Shown here: positions 19,343-29,810 of the stretch, one piece after another
Layout of the letters: every line of letters starts with the position of its first letter
Numbering within the stretch: the stretch's first letter is position 1
Virus record (IMG/VR): IMGVR_UViG_3300025853_008930
Location: 16,706-80,705 of that record
DNA: 64,000 nt
Strand: one strand, 5' to 3'
Source: a virus
Position numbers and translations under genes: made by a program
The notes under the pieces: generated by a model
Told to the model about the DNA's origin: nothing
The model's database searches: none
The model's input: the letters and a program-made list of their open reading frames with translations, nothing else

Positions 19343-22300
19343 TTATCACCTTTTTTTCCAATACCCATAGCCTGACTATAAAGAGACAGTATTCTTTCTA
19401 AATATCCTAGTGGTTCTGTTTTGTCATCTAATTGTCCTTTCTCATCTATTCTATTCAAATTAGTTTCTAGGGTTTTAAGTTGTTCTATTTTAAAATCCAC
19501 TACATCTATAAATTGAACTTCTAATCTATTTGCGGCCTTAACTGATTCTTCGTGTTCTTTTTCTAATCTTCTTAACTCTCTTAGATAGTCTCTAAACTCA
19601 TCAACTGCAAAAGCCGCTAATGTCATTCGACTGAAGCCTTCCTTTTCGGGGTCTAATACTTCTGCTGTCTTTTCTTCTTTTATTTGCCTTCCAATATCAA
19701 AAGCATCATATAACGAAACTAGTTCCTTTTCTCCCTGCCTTCCATCAATCATGGGTATGTATTCAAATCTTAATTGAGACAAGTCCATAAAGGTTTTATT
19801 TTTACTAAATGCTTCTATTAAATTCTCAATTCCTTTGTTTACTTCTTTGATATTCTCGTTATATCTATCAATGATTCCCTTAGACCTATCTCTAACTTTA
19901 TTGGTTAAAAGGTATTTTTCTATTGCTTTTTGTATATTTTTTAATGCATCTTTTTTAATTTTAGGAACCCTTAGAAGTCTTTTATCCTCAACCACTATTA
20001 GTATATCACTAAGTTTTGGATATAACTTATCTATGATAGTGAATACCTCTTTGCCCGTCAATGGAACGATGTCTTTTGTTAAGGAAACAGGTAAATCTAA
20101 ATACATTTTTAATGCTCTTTCTGTTATTGTTTCTTCCAGTTCTCCTGTGGGTATTTCTTTAAGAGCATTAGTAACAATGACTTCTTTAGGCTTTCTTGCA
20201 TAAGCCCCACCCTTAAAATCTCTAACATCTTTTTGAGTCATAAATTTAAATTCTTCTTTTACAGTCGTTAGTTTTCTTACAGTATTAGCATCAATAAGTT
20301 CTCGTTCAATCTTTTTAGTATAGGCTTGTGCTATTTTTGCTATTCTTTTCTTGTCTTTTCCTGCGTAAATAGAATCTCTTTCTCCTTCTAATTGCCCTAT
20401 TATATTTTGAAAACTCGCAAGCATTTCAGTAAAATCATCTAGTGCATCAAAAAGATTTTCTCCGGTTTCAGCATCTTTGATATTTTTCTTCAAAAATTCA
20501 GAAATAGCCTTGTAGTTTTTTTCTGCCCTAGACTTATTTTGTTCGGCAAATTCTTTTTTCATCAATTGATTAGATTTCATTAATATCCGTAGTTCTTGAC
20601 GAACCTTATCTAGTAATTTTTGTCCTTCTTTGCTTAGAGTTTTCTCCTTTATTTTTCCCTCTTTAGGGTCAAAATCTTGAAGACCGGCTATTGCTTTTAT
20701 CTTCTTTTTGATTTGTTCTTCAGTATAATTCAAAATTTGTATTTGTTTAGAAGGTTTACCGGCTTTCAACTCTTTTTCTAGTCTTTCTGCCCTTTCTATG
20801 TATCTATCCCAAACCTGTTCTAATACTTCGGGAGTTGTTAGTTTTTCATTATCTTTTGATTCTATTGAAGGAAAGTAAGAAACATATTTTGGTTTTTCTA
20901 TTTCTTTGTTATACCTCAAACCTTTTTCATCTAAGGTTATTTTCTTTACCATCGGTGTAACAGTTTTTGCCCGAACCTTCAAGTCTCCTTCTGTGTCTTT
21001 TTCATCATTCACAACTATGCTATCATCTACCGTTAATACTCCACTAATTATTCGCATTTTAGCAAGTCTCTCTAATACCTTGAAAAGACCTGTAGATGCT
21101 TCTTCTTCTGCTTTTATGTATTTATTTACAACAGTCTTTGGTATTCCTATACCTGCAATCATCATTTTTCTGCGTCTATCTGTTATCTTTTTGAATCTCT
21201 TTTCTTTGATACTTCTCAACTTCTTTCTTTTCTTTTTAGTTTCAGTATCTATACCTTGAACAGTTCTTCCTGTAAGTTCTTCAAATGTATCTGCAACGAC
21301 ATCCATTACTTTACTATCTTTCAAAATACTACTAAGACCATCTATTACTGCTTTCAGTGTATTAACTCCTTTTTCTCCGTCAGCAAGTGGAGAGTCCCTA
21401 GCATCCCACATCCACTTTCCTTTTACTTTCTTAGCATCAAAATACCTAAACATTTCACCAGTATCTTGTTTCTTGAATTGTAATTTTTTTCTTTCTGCTT
21501 CTCTTTGTCTTCTTGAAGCATCCGATAACACCCCCGAACCTGCTCTTTTTCCTCTTATTCTTTCTTTATCAAAGACTTTTCTTCCAAACAACTCTCTTTT
21601 AGGGTATTTATCTTCCGAAAGACTAGATTCTTCCGGTTTTGTTTTTGGAGATTCTTCTTTTGGCTTCATCCTGTTTAAAACAATATTTATTCCATCCATA
21701 ATAAATTGAGGATTATCATAATTAGTATTTTTAAACATAGTTCTTAACTTATTAGAAGCACCAGTTTTACCGCCTTTCTCTAAGTTTTCTTTTACTTCTT
21801 CAAGATTTTTCAACAAGAAATCAAAAAATTTAGGAGTGCTTTCACTAACTTCTTGTTCTTTTCTTTTGTCAGCAAACAATTTGTTATCTACTACTTCTTT
21901 TCTGTTTGCTAGCATATCTATGAAGTCTTGAATTTTCTTTCCTTTTTCGGGATTTTCTTTCTTTGTTTTGTTAAGAGCAGTAACTAGTTGATTGTATATT
22001 TTGATATAAGTGTTTTTTATTTTTCCATATCCAGTGGTATCTTTCATTCCCTTCGGGCTTTCTTTACCCGACGCTAATCTATCTAGTTGGGTTTTTATCT
22101 GCTTATCGCTTAATCTCTTTCCTTTGCGCTGTAGCCTAATTGTTTTCTTAGACATTGTATCTAATACCCTTTTAACTTCGGGATTATCTTTGAGTGTTTC
22201 TAATTCTGCTACAGTGTCTTTACCGCTATAAATTCCCAACAATCTTTTTGGGCTTATTGCTTCAAAATCGCTTTCTTCCGGTGAAGTCGGCTGAAAAAAA

Positions 22301-22716
22301 GGTTTACCCTTTCTTGCTTTACGCCTTATTACTTCTAGTCTTCTTTCCTCAAACTCATCAATATTTTTTTTCTTTTTTGCATCGAATTTGGCTTTTTCTT
22401 TACTCCATAGTTTTAGGGCTTCGTTTTGTCTCTTTTGTCGTGCCTTTCTCTCTCTTTCCAATACTTTGAGTCTAACAGGGTCTAAATAAGGACTTTGTTT
22501 AAACTCTTTTTCTTTTCTTTTTTGTTCTTCATGCAATCTAACAGACTCAAAATATGCTTCTGCTTTTTTTCGTTGTTCGGGAGTTAGATTGTTCATAACA
22601 ATCATTTGAACCGGATTATATTTAAGAATAGCCTTATCCTGTAACTCTTCTATCAAACACTTCAAAAGAAAATGAAGGTCATCTTCTCTATTGTGTAAGA
22701 TAGCCTTCATAAACAT
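19339..22716 (-). CDS. Very large Lys-rich helical protein (possible internal/ejection protein)
   Basis: 1125 aa between portal and protease genes. Confidence 0.55.
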   Translation of the reverse strand: MFMKAILHNREDDLHFLLKCLIEELQDKAILKYNPVQMIVMNNLTPEQRKKAEAYFESVRLHEEQKRKEKEFKQSPYLDPVRLKVLERERKARQKRQNEALKLWSKEKAKFDAKKKKNIDEFEERRLEVIRRKARKGKPFFQPTSPEESDFEAISPKRLLGIYSGKDTVAELETLKDNPEVKRVLDTMSKKTIRLQRKGKRLSDKQIKTQLDRLASGKESPKGMKDTTGYGKIKNTYIKIYNQLVTALNKTKKENPEKGKKIQDFIDMLANRKEVVDNKLFADKRKEQEVSESTPKFFDFLLKNLEEVKENLEKGGKTGASNKLRTMFKNTNYDNPQFIMDGINIVLNRMKPKEESPKTKPEESSLSEDKYPKRELFGRKVFDKERIRGKRAGSGVLSDASRRQREAERKKLQFKKQDTGEMFRYFDAKKVKGKWMWDARDSPLADGEKGVNTLKAVIDGLSSILKDSKVMDVVADTFEELTGRTVQGIDTETKKKRKKLRSIKEKRFKKITDRRRKMMIAGIGIPKTVVNKYIKAEEEASTGLFKVLERLAKMRIISGVLTVDDSIVVNDEKDTEGDLKVRAKTVTPMVKKITLDEKGLRYNKEIEKPKYVSYFPSIESKDNEKLTTPEVLEQVWDRYIERAERLEKELKAGKPSKQIQILNYTEEQIKKKIKAIAGLQDFDPKEGKIKEKTLSKEGQKLLDKVRQELRILMKSNQLMKKEFAEQNKSRAEKNYKAISEFLKKNIKDAETGENLFDALDDFTEMLASFQNIIGQLEGERDSIYAGKDKKRIAKIAQAYTKKIERELIDANTVRKLTTVKEEFKFMTQKDVRDFKGGAYARKPKEVIVTNALKEIPTGELEETITERALKMYLDLPVSLTKDIVPLTGKEVFTIIDKLYPKLSDILIVVEDKRLLRVPKIKKDALKNIQKAIEKYLLTNKVRDRSKGIIDRYNENIKEVNKGIENLIEAFSKNKTFMDLSQLRFEYIPMIDGRQGEKELVSLYDAFDIGRQIKEEKTAEVLDPEKEGFSRMTLAAFAVDEFRDYLRELRRLEKEHEESVKAANRLEVQFIDVVDFKIEQLKTLETNLNRIDEKGQLDDKTEPLGYLERILSLYSQAMGIGKKGDK

Positions 22717-22725
22717 ATTATCGCC

Positions 22726-22953
22726 TCAAAATGGAATATTCTCTTTCTTACCTCTCCTCTTTTGTGGGGGTAAGATAACATCGGGAACATCATTAGATGC
22801 TCTTATTGCTTTATGAGTTGTATCCGGTGGTAGTCCACCAACAGAAAAATCACGATTCTTCGTGGTCTTTCTAGTATCATTTGCATTCTGTGTTCTAACT
22901 TTCGCTAATTCTTTCTTTAGTCTAATCTCTTTCTGTCTATTATCTTCTGTCAT
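22726..22953 (-). CDS. Small basic protein
   Basis: Coupled to the portal stop codon. Confidence 0.5.
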   Translation of the reverse strand: MTEDNRQKEIRLKKELAKVRTQNANDTRKTTKNRDFSVGGLPPDTTHKAIRASNDVPDVILPPQKRRGKKENIPF

Positions 22954-24599
22954 TAACCTGTCCTCCTTTCACTCCTTCTATCTACATTTTGATTACCTGC
23001 GTCTTCCGGTAATCCGCTTAATCTTTTATCCGGCCCAACACTCATAGAAGGTTTATTTCTAGTAGCCGGTGGATTTTCTTGTGGCTTACTACCGCCACCT
23101 TCTGCAAACATTCTTGTTTGTTCATCTAAATCTCTTTGGTCTAAATTAGAACCTGCTAGTGGGTCTTTTTCTATGGGTCTTCCATCATCATCCATTTGTT
23201 GTTCATCTTCTTTTGGTTCGGGTTTCTTGTAAGTAAAGTTACCATCCTCATCCATATCAACTTCAAAGCCTAAGTTCTTTATTGATGCCGCAATATTGAC
23301 TTCAATCTCTTTCTTTCTTAGTCCTGCAATCTCATCTTCTTCTTCGCTAGGAGGCAACTTCAACTTCCAATCTGTAATGCCAAATTGCTTTACAAGATAA
23401 GGAAATACATATTCATTGTAAACATTCTGTGCCATTTGAACTGCTCTATTAGTTACAAGTATTTGCATACCTTCATTGTTTAAGCCGCCACTTGTAGTAT
23501 TATCAGCCATGAAGACTTTACTGACACCATAGAACGCTGATATTCTATCTCTCAAATCATCCTTAACAGAAATATAATCCATTTCTTTTAGGCTATCCAT
23601 GAACTTAATCCACTCAACAGCACCTTTACCGCCTTCTGCTTCTATACCCATAACAGGAATAAAGTGCGGGTCTGCCTCCATCTTTTCTTTTACTCCTCTC
23701 CAAAAGGCTCTCATTGAATCCATGTTTCTAGTTTGAACCGCTAACAAACCTCTTGGCATTCTGCTCTTAGTATAGGCTGAATTGACATAGTTCTCCATAG
23801 CAATTAAAGTCATGATATGATTGTAAAGTGTAATTACAGGGGAAAAACCGTAAAGTCTTGAAGGACTATACTTACTAAAATGTAATACTTCTCCTTCGAT
23901 GAAATACTGTTCATCACCTTTTGCTCGATTGACATAATGAATAGGCATAAGAGGAGAGCCACAAGTTTCACAACTATCGTGTGGTTCTGTTGAAATAATA
24001 TCTCTATGATGAACACAAGTAAATCCTTTGTTACCCTTTACGCCATCTTCATCGGCATAAATAAACATAGTAACAGGGTCGCCACGATACACTTCCTTAA
24101 CACGGTGCATTCTAATTTTACCATTACCATCCAAGAAATATTCTTTGACCATAACTATGTATGCGTCATCCATAATATTCAAATCGTCTTCCAATTCCTT
24201 CAACACATCAATAAATAATTGCTCGGATGAGTTTACATAACCCTCTAAGAACTTTTCAGCATATTCTAATTGCTTAACATCGGGTATTTTTAAATCAGTA
24301 GAGCCACATCTTGAACACTCTTGAACAGGTCTTGTGTGGGTTTTTCCGCAATTGTTACACTTTGCTTCAAATGCTTTTTCCCAAACATAGCCTCTTCTGT
24401 AGACTTCCTGCTTTAGTTGAGTTATACAAGTTCTAACAATTACTGATTGTTGAACCATAGAATAGATGATGGGGGCTGTCATCATGTAATTGTTCTGCCT
24501 TTCTTGAATACCCATGTTGTAGATATTCCTGTCAGCAGGTTTCGGAGTAGTGCGCCTGAAAAGATTAGTGAAAGAGAACCGCCTTCTTTTTTCTGCCAC
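22953..24599 (-). CDS. Portal protein
   Basis: EVLHFSKYSPSRLYGFSP, MPRGLL, ISAFYGVS motifs; position; two Cys/His insertions. Confidence 0.85.
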   Translation of the reverse strand: MAEKRRRFSFTNLFRRTTPKPADRNIYNMGIQERQNNYMMTAPIIYSMVQQSVIVRTCITQLKQEVYRRGYVWEKAFEAKCNNCGKTHTRPVQECSRCGSTDLKIPDVKQLEYAEKFLEGYVNSSEQLFIDVLKELEDDLNIMDDAYIVMVKEYFLDGNGKIRMHRVKEVYRGDPVTMFIYADEDGVKGNKGFTCVHHRDIISTEPHDSCETCGSPLMPIHYVNRAKGDEQYFIEGEVLHFSKYSPSRLYGFSPVITLYNHIMTLIAMENYVNSAYTKSRMPRGLLAVQTRNMDSMRAFWRGVKEKMEADPHFIPVMGIEAEGGKGAVEWIKFMDSLKEMDYISVKDDLRDRISAFYGVSKVFMADNTTSGGLNNEGMQILVTNRAVQMAQNVYNEYVFPYLVKQFGITDWKLKLPPSEEEDEIAGLRKKEIEVNIAASIKNLGFEVDMDEDGNFTYKKPEPKEDEQQMDDDGRPIEKDPLAGSNLDQRDLDEQTRMFAEGGGSKPQENPPATRNKPSMSVGPDKRLSGLPEDAGNQNVDRRSERRTG

Positions 24600-24636
24600 G
24601 ACAACAACCCCCGTTTACTTTGGACTATTCTATCTA

Positions 24637-24870
24637 TTATAGAATCTTCGCAAAGGCTTTCCTCAATACATTTCTCCAATTACCTTTTTTTCTACCATAA
24701 TTTTTTGTTTCGTATTGTTTAGGATTTTTATTTGCATAAAGAGCCGCCATGTATTTTTTTGCCCTAGATTTGGACAAAGGGGTTTTATTTTTGGCCTTAC
24801 CTGTATCGGTATTAATAACATAGTAGCCGTTTTTTCCGACTCTTAATTCATAAGGCAAGGCATTCACCAC
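24637..24870 (-). CDS. Small basic protein with a C-terminal W-tag-like motif (NWRNVLRKA)
   Basis: ORF track. Confidence 0.55.
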   Translation of the reverse strand: MVNALPYELRVGKNGYYVINTDTGKAKNKTPLSKSRAKKYMAALYANKNPKQYETKNYGRKKGNWRNVLRKAFAKIL

Positions 24871-25151
24871 AACTTCTTACATGCTAGACATTTAGGTGTT
24901 GTGATTCTACCTTTGCATTGGTCACAATTATGTCTTGCTTTAAAATTAGCCCTACGCTTTTTGTTGGTATGAGTTCCACCGCCCCTATTCTTTCCTTTGC
25001 CTTTGTAATTGCCATATCCTTTAGCACCTGCATGAATCTTTTTTCCTTCATGAGTAAGCATCATAATTTTTTTACCTTCTCTATCGGAAGGATATACACG
25101 ACCTACTCGCATGTCTTTCTTATCTTTTTTACACACATCGAACCAAGTCAT
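24864..25151 (-). CDS. W-tag small basic protein (MTWFDVCKK)
   Basis: KRRANFKARHNC basic domain. Confidence 0.6.
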   Translation of the reverse strand: MTWFDVCKKDKKDMRVGRVYPSDREGKKIMMLTHEGKKIHAGAKGYGNYKGKGKNRGGGTHTNKKRRANFKARHNCDQCKGRITTPKCLACKKLW

Positions 25152-25552
25152 TGCTTACCCCTCATTTGATTTTCTTTAGAACGCTTATCGTCTTTTATCG
25201 GGCCGCCTTTAGCCCATGTTCTACAAGACCTAGCCGAATGACATTTAAAATGGTGCATCCAACAATAACCTAATTTACCATCATCATCTAATTCTAACGG
25301 CATACATTTTTCCATTCTAGGACTAATATCAAACGCTACACAATTACCGCAGTTAGAATCCATAGCGGCTTCTACTGATGTATTCCAAAAGTCTGCAATA
25401 TCTTCCCAATAATCTTCGGGCTTGTCTATATTAAGTGGGCCATATTGTATATGTTCTGCTTTTATGGCGGCATTTCTATTCTTAGTGTTTAACTTCAAAT
25501 CCTGTGTTGCTCTAGGACAAGTAAGTTCCTTTAGAATAATATGCCAACTCAT
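25148..25552 (-). CDS. W-tag Cys-rich protein (start MSWHIILKE)
   Basis: Internal Met of ORF 25148..25588; CGNC, CWMHHFKC..C motifs. Confidence 0.6.
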   Translation of the reverse strand: MSWHIILKELTCPRATQDLKLNTKNRNAAIKAEHIQYGPLNIDKPEDYWEDIADFWNTSVEAAMDSNCGNCVAFDISPRMEKCMPLELDDDGKLGYCWMHHFKCHSARSCRTWAKGGPIKDDKRSKENQMRGKQ

Positions 25553-25556
25553 AATA

Positions 25557-25973
25557 TCATCTCGGACTATGTGTGTAAATATCTCCATCTTTGTGCATGA
25601 ATATTTTACCTTCTTTTTCTAATTTCTTCAAGGCCGCTTTAATCTCGGTTTCCTTTCCAAATTGTTTTAGGTTTTTCATTCCTAATGCTCCGCCCTCTTT
25701 CTTAATTTCTCTTAAGATTTGACGCTCTAATTTTGCTGTCTTCATTCTAGGACTAATGTTCATAAAGTCTGTCATTTCTTCGGGGTCTTTACCAAAAATA
25801 GATTTCTTAACCTTTCTTCGTTTAAGTTCATCAAAATCTGCACCTGTTATTTTTCCTTTCGGTTTAGCCACATCTAATTTTTTTTGCCCACCATAAAGCA
25901 TCTTTTCATCTTCTTTATGAGTTCCACAATGGGCTTTCTCATCTTCTGTTTTTAGTATGTCTTTCCAACTCAT
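25557..25973 (-). CDS. W-tag basic protein (MSWKDILKT), possible C-terminal winged helix
   Basis: ORF track; motif. Confidence 0.6.
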   Translation of the reverse strand: MSWKDILKTEDEKAHCGTHKEDEKMLYGGQKKLDVAKPKGKITGADFDELKRRKVKKSIFGKDPEEMTDFMNISPRMKTAKLERQILREIKKEGGALGMKNLKQFGKETEIKAALKKLEKEGKIFMHKDGDIYTHSPR

Positions 25974-26320
25974 CTTGTAAATCCCCTGCCTCTACTTTTT
26001 GTTTTTTCTTTACTCGCTTCCTTTCTTTGCTTGGCGTAAGTGTGTGCCGCTTTTAGCCTTTTCTTTACTTTACGGTCTTTAGCATTTTTAACTGCGGCTC
26101 GTAATCTTTGCTCCACTAAATTGATTATTTGTGATTGTCTTTTATGAGACTTAGATTTGAATGCACTACTACTAAATGTTTCTTGAACATCTTTAACGGT
26201 TCTAAATTTTACAGGAACAGTATCTTTTGGGTTTTCATCTGTGTATAATCTTCTTGCTGAACCTTTTGGTTTTTTACCCGTTCCTTTTTTCGGGTCAGCC
26301 TTCAAGATATTCTGCCACAT
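25970..26320 (-). CDS. W-tag basic protein (MWQNILKA)
   Basis: ORF track; motif. Confidence 0.6.
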   Translation of the reverse strand: MWQNILKADPKKGTGKKPKGSARRLYTDENPKDTVPVKFRTVKDVQETFSSSAFKSKSHKRQSQIINLVEQRLRAAVKNAKDRKVKKRLKAAHTYAKQRKEASKEKTKSRGRGFTR

Positions 26321-26640
26321 TATGCTCCCTTCCTCCTTTTGTAAGTTTTACAAGCGGCACAAGTTGGCCTACATCTTTGTTTAGTTCCTTTAGAAGCATC
26401 CGGTCTTCCGCAAGGTTTTGTTCCTTTTTTATCATCTTCACATGATTGACAAGAAACCCAACCTTTTGCTTTACCACTACCGCCTCTTCTTTGAAACCAT
26501 CCATGAAGACCGGACTCTTTTTCTCTCTTGAAATTGTCTCCGCCCTTTCTTCTTTGTTTCTTCTTATATCTTTTAGCACCGCTTCTTCTTCGAGCCTTGC
26601 TCTTTTTTTGAAGAATGTCCTGCCATGTCATATTAATCAC
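26320..26640 (-). CDS. W-tag basic Cys-rich protein (MTWQDILQKK)
   Basis: ORF track; motif. Confidence 0.6.
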   Translation of the reverse strand: MINMTWQDILQKKSKARRRSGAKRYKKKQRRKGGDNFKREKESGLHGWFQRRGGSGKAKGWVSCQSCEDDKKGTKPCGRPDASKGTKQRCRPTCAACKTYKRRKGA

Positions 26641-26867
26641 TTCTTAGATTTGTTGCCCCAATTATCCGCACCAACTTTACGACATCTAACTAAAGCACCG
26701 CTAGCATAAGCGGAAGGCCACTTATCATATCTGCTACGAACTTTGTAATAACAAGCATCTTGTTTTTTATCGGACTTACGATTTCTGCGGCCTTTTTTCT
26801 TAGCCCGCTTAGAACCTTTTTTTCTTCGAGACTTACTCTTTTTTTGAAGAATATCTTGCCAACTCAT
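26637..26867 (-). CDS. W-tag highly basic protein (MSWQDILQKK)
   Basis: ORF track; motif. Confidence 0.6.
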   Translation of the reverse strand: MSWQDILQKKSKSRRKKGSKRAKKKGRRNRKSDKKQDACYYKVRSRYDKWPSAYASGALVRCRKVGADNWGNKSKK

Positions 26868-26992
26868 TTCTTCATCACCTTTGGTTTATCTGCTTGTTCC
26901 CAACATCTCCTACAAAAGCCAAATGGGTGAACATCTCTTGTCATGTAACATCTACCACAATACTTGAATTGTAGTTTTTGTTTACTAATCAC
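26864..26992 (-). CDS. 42-aa Zn-finger microprotein
   Basis: Hand-translated: VISKQKLQFKYCGRCYMTRDVHPFGFCRRCWEQ...; stop overlaps the next ATG. Confidence 0.5.
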   Translation of the reverse strand: MISKQKLQFKYCGRCYMTRDVHPFGFCRRCWEQADKPKVMKK

Positions 26993-27006
26993 CCATTCTT
27001 TTGTAT

Positions 27007-28362
27007 TTATGCTATCACTCCTCCAATATTTTCCATACTATCCATTAAAGACATTTTACAGTTGTCTTTGTATTTCTGTATGTTATCAAGATATATACCT
27101 TCTTTTAGCCAATCAAAACCAACATGGTCTTTGTGATTTTCCCACTTCATCAGTTTAAAAATCTCATCACATCTTCCCTTATACCAATCTTCTTTCTTGT
27201 AGGATTTTTTCATCCGTATAAGTTCCATAAGTAATTTAGCATTACCTTTTTTTAATCTAAAATGAGGGAGGCATTTTTCCAATAAACCATAAACATCATC
27301 TTGAGAATAAAAATTTAATCTTTGAACAGGTCTAGTTTGTTGCGGAGACTTTTGATTTAGATGCAACTTACCAAAGCCTATACTCTTGTGCATTTCTTCC
27401 ATGAATGCTCTACCTCTTTCTCCTGTGGCAATAAGTCCAACTCTAGGGTTATGGTTTCTATCCATTGTAATGTAACCATCCGAATCAATAAATGCCGCAG
27501 TATAAGCCCAAATGTTTTTCTTAAGCATTGTTGGTAATTTGTAATATGCCCCATCAACATTAGCAACATCTAACTTCTTTACCATTTTAGAAATCATATT
27601 TGTTGTTGTGCTTTTATGCAAAGTGTTTGGCATTCTATCATGTATTTGTTTAGCACCGATAGAAGGACTTTTGATAATTTCACTTTCAATAAATGACATG
27701 ATTCTTTCTTTCTTACTCTTAGTAATAGATTGGTCTGTAATATTTTTTATTTGTTGCTTGTAATCTCTTTTAGCGAGACGACATTCTTTTTCTAATTGAG
27801 CATATTCTTTAGAGTAAACCATATCTGTTTTCTTTAGGTCACTCTCCCAATACTTACATATTGCATCAATAATATTTCTTCTACCATTTACAGAATCAAT
27901 CTTATTTATTTTCATGAGGTCTTTCTCACTAAAGCCCATCTTAAGTATCGCAGGTTTGTATGGTTTAATCCAATAGATAGAATCTATGCACTTATTGATA
28001 TGGTCGGAATATCCATCAATAACAGTATCAATAGCCTTAGCCATTCTAGTTCGCTGTTCTCCTTTTAACTTCCTTCGAGCCTTTCTCATTTTCTTCACAA
28101 GGTCGGGTATGTTTTCACCATCAATAGAATATTCACTAGGGAAAGAACTCAATTGTTTTCTAGCATCACTAGCATTAATGTTTAGATTCTTAGAAAGTAA
28201 ATTTACTGCTTCATAATCCGACATAATATAATCATTTACAGAAGCCAATTTATTTCCCAACGCTTCTTCAATTTCATCCTTAGTTTCGTCTTGCTCTCTT
28301 TGAAGTTCAGCAAGCCTAGCCATGTTTCGTGAACCTTCTTCATACTCTTCTGCTGTTGGCAT
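27007..28362 (-). CDS. Protein with a C-terminal LAGLIDADG endonuclease-like domain
   Basis: WAYTAAFIDSDGYI motif; long helical N-terminal region and possible HTH. Confidence 0.75.
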   Translation of the reverse strand: MPTAEEYEEGSRNMARLAELQREQDETKDEIEEALGNKLASVNDYIMSDYEAVNLLSKNLNINASDARKQLSSFPSEYSIDGENIPDLVKKMRKARRKLKGEQRTRMAKAIDTVIDGYSDHINKCIDSIYWIKPYKPAILKMGFSEKDLMKINKIDSVNGRRNIIDAICKYWESDLKKTDMVYSKEYAQLEKECRLAKRDYKQQIKNITDQSITKSKKERIMSFIESEIIKSPSIGAKQIHDRMPNTLHKSTTTNMISKMVKKLDVANVDGAYYKLPTMLKKNIWAYTAAFIDSDGYITMDRNHNPRVGLIATGERGRAFMEEMHKSIGFGKLHLNQKSPQQTRPVQRLNFYSQDDVYGLLEKCLPHFRLKKGNAKLLMELIRMKKSYKKEDWYKGRCDEIFKLMKWENHKDHVGFDWLKEGIYLDNIQKYKDNCKMSLMDSMENIGGVIA

Positions 28363-28371
28363 TCACATCAC

Positions 28372-29802
28372 CTAAAAGTTAATTCCCATGACTCCTTGAG
28401 AGCGTTTATACTTATTGACCTTTGGCGGGTCAAATAACCCCATGTCATCTAAGAGTATGAATGTTTCACTCATCGTATGAGTAGCGGCATTAGCCAACGC
28501 TAAACTCATAACCATGTCGTCATGCGCCCCTATTCCCTCAAACTTTCCTTTGTCTGTAATAGCAAACATAGATAATTCTTCTATTAAAGTAGAAGTAACT
28601 CGACGACTTTCTTCATTAGCGTAAGGTAATATTATCTTACCATTTTCAAAGTTCATTTGTAGACTTAGAATAATCTCTTCTTTCTTTTTCCTAGTGGTGT
28701 TAAAGTCGTGAACATTTAAATCTGTAACATTTCTAATCTCTTGTGTAAATGATTTAGCAAATGTATTTGTTTCAAACAATATTGCTTCGGGCTGAAATAC
28801 TTTACCGATTAATTTCACCTTCTGTATATTCTCTCTAAACTCTACATTCTTAGAACGGTCAATATACACAATAGTTTTGTTATCATTTTCATCAACTTCT
28901 AATACAGTAATTACATTATAATCTCCATCAGTAGAAATAGCGGGGTCAATGCCAACATAATATTTGTAGCCCTCTCTACGCATTGGTTTCAAAACATGGT
29001 CTTTGCTCTTTGCCGCTTCCAAATATTCGGGATTGAATAGAGAAGTTCCTGTAGATATTGGAACACACATATATTCTCTTGTAAACATTAGAGAGCCGAC
29101 TTCAGCCTTTCTCGCCATAAGAGCATCATAATCCCATCTATTCGGCCATAGCGGTTCGTTAAGAGCATTAAGACAAGGATATGTTCTAAGAGTATATGCA
29201 GGGTTTTCAGCGAGTTGTTGGTAAATATCTGTATAACTAAATGGAGTTCCAATAACTCTTAGAGAAGCAGTATGGTGAAGTGTTGGTATCATGTCACCAT
29301 AAAACCAATCTGTAACCTTTTGAATTCCTGTCATACTAAACTCTTTCAAAGGGTCGTCAATGATAATCTCTTGAGGGTGAAGTCCACGAATCTGTGAACC
29401 GACAGAACGCTCTAAGATTTGATTACCATTAGTAAGTGTGATATTTCCAATTGCCCAACCCTTTGCCGGTTTGTATTTCTTTAACATTGGATGATTGAAT
29501 AGTTTATCTATATCTCTCATGTGAACCAAAGTCTGTTTTTGGTTAGAAGAAATGTATAGCATTTGATATGGTGGTTCTCTAAACACTAAATTCCATACAA
29601 CCCAAGCATGCATAAATACTGATTTACCGTGACCTCTTGAACAAATGATAACAGTTCTTTGTGTATCGTTCATCAAATCGTGCCACTCTTCTTGGTGCTT
29701 GGCGAACTCCCAACCTAGAACTTGCTGAAAGAAATAAGGAAATGAGTTTTTAGATAATTCCATATCCATTTGATGCTCAAAGTTAAATGCGTCTATATCC
29801 AT
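28372..29802 (-). CDS. terL: Terminase large subunit
   Basis: CSRGHGKS Walker A, IIIDD Walker B, VIGTP motif III, GIDPA nuclease and HDDMVMS. Confidence 0.95.
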   Translation of the reverse strand: MDIDAFNFEHQMDMELSKNSFPYFFQQVLGWEFAKHQEEWHDLMNDTQRTVIICSRGHGKSVFMHAWVVWNLVFREPPYQMLYISSNQKQTLVHMRDIDKLFNHPMLKKYKPAKGWAIGNITLTNGNQILERSVGSQIRGLHPQEIIIDDPLKEFSMTGIQKVTDWFYGDMIPTLHHTASLRVIGTPFSYTDIYQQLAENPAYTLRTYPCLNALNEPLWPNRWDYDALMARKAEVGSLMFTREYMCVPISTGTSLFNPEYLEAAKSKDHVLKPMRREGYKYYVGIDPAISTDGDYNVITVLEVDENDNKTIVYIDRSKNVEFRENIQKVKLIGKVFQPEAILFETNTFAKSFTQEIRNVTDLNVHDFNTTRKKKEEIILSLQMNFENGKIILPYANEESRRVTSTLIEELSMFAITDKGKFEGIGAHDDMVMSLALANAATHTMSETFILLDDMGLFDPPKVNKYKRSQGVMGINF

Positions 29803-29810
29803 AATCCCAC

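Noticed and set aside
27007-28362. Intein or intron in the terminase
   Set aside because: terL is complete with its own stop, and there are no intein splice motifs
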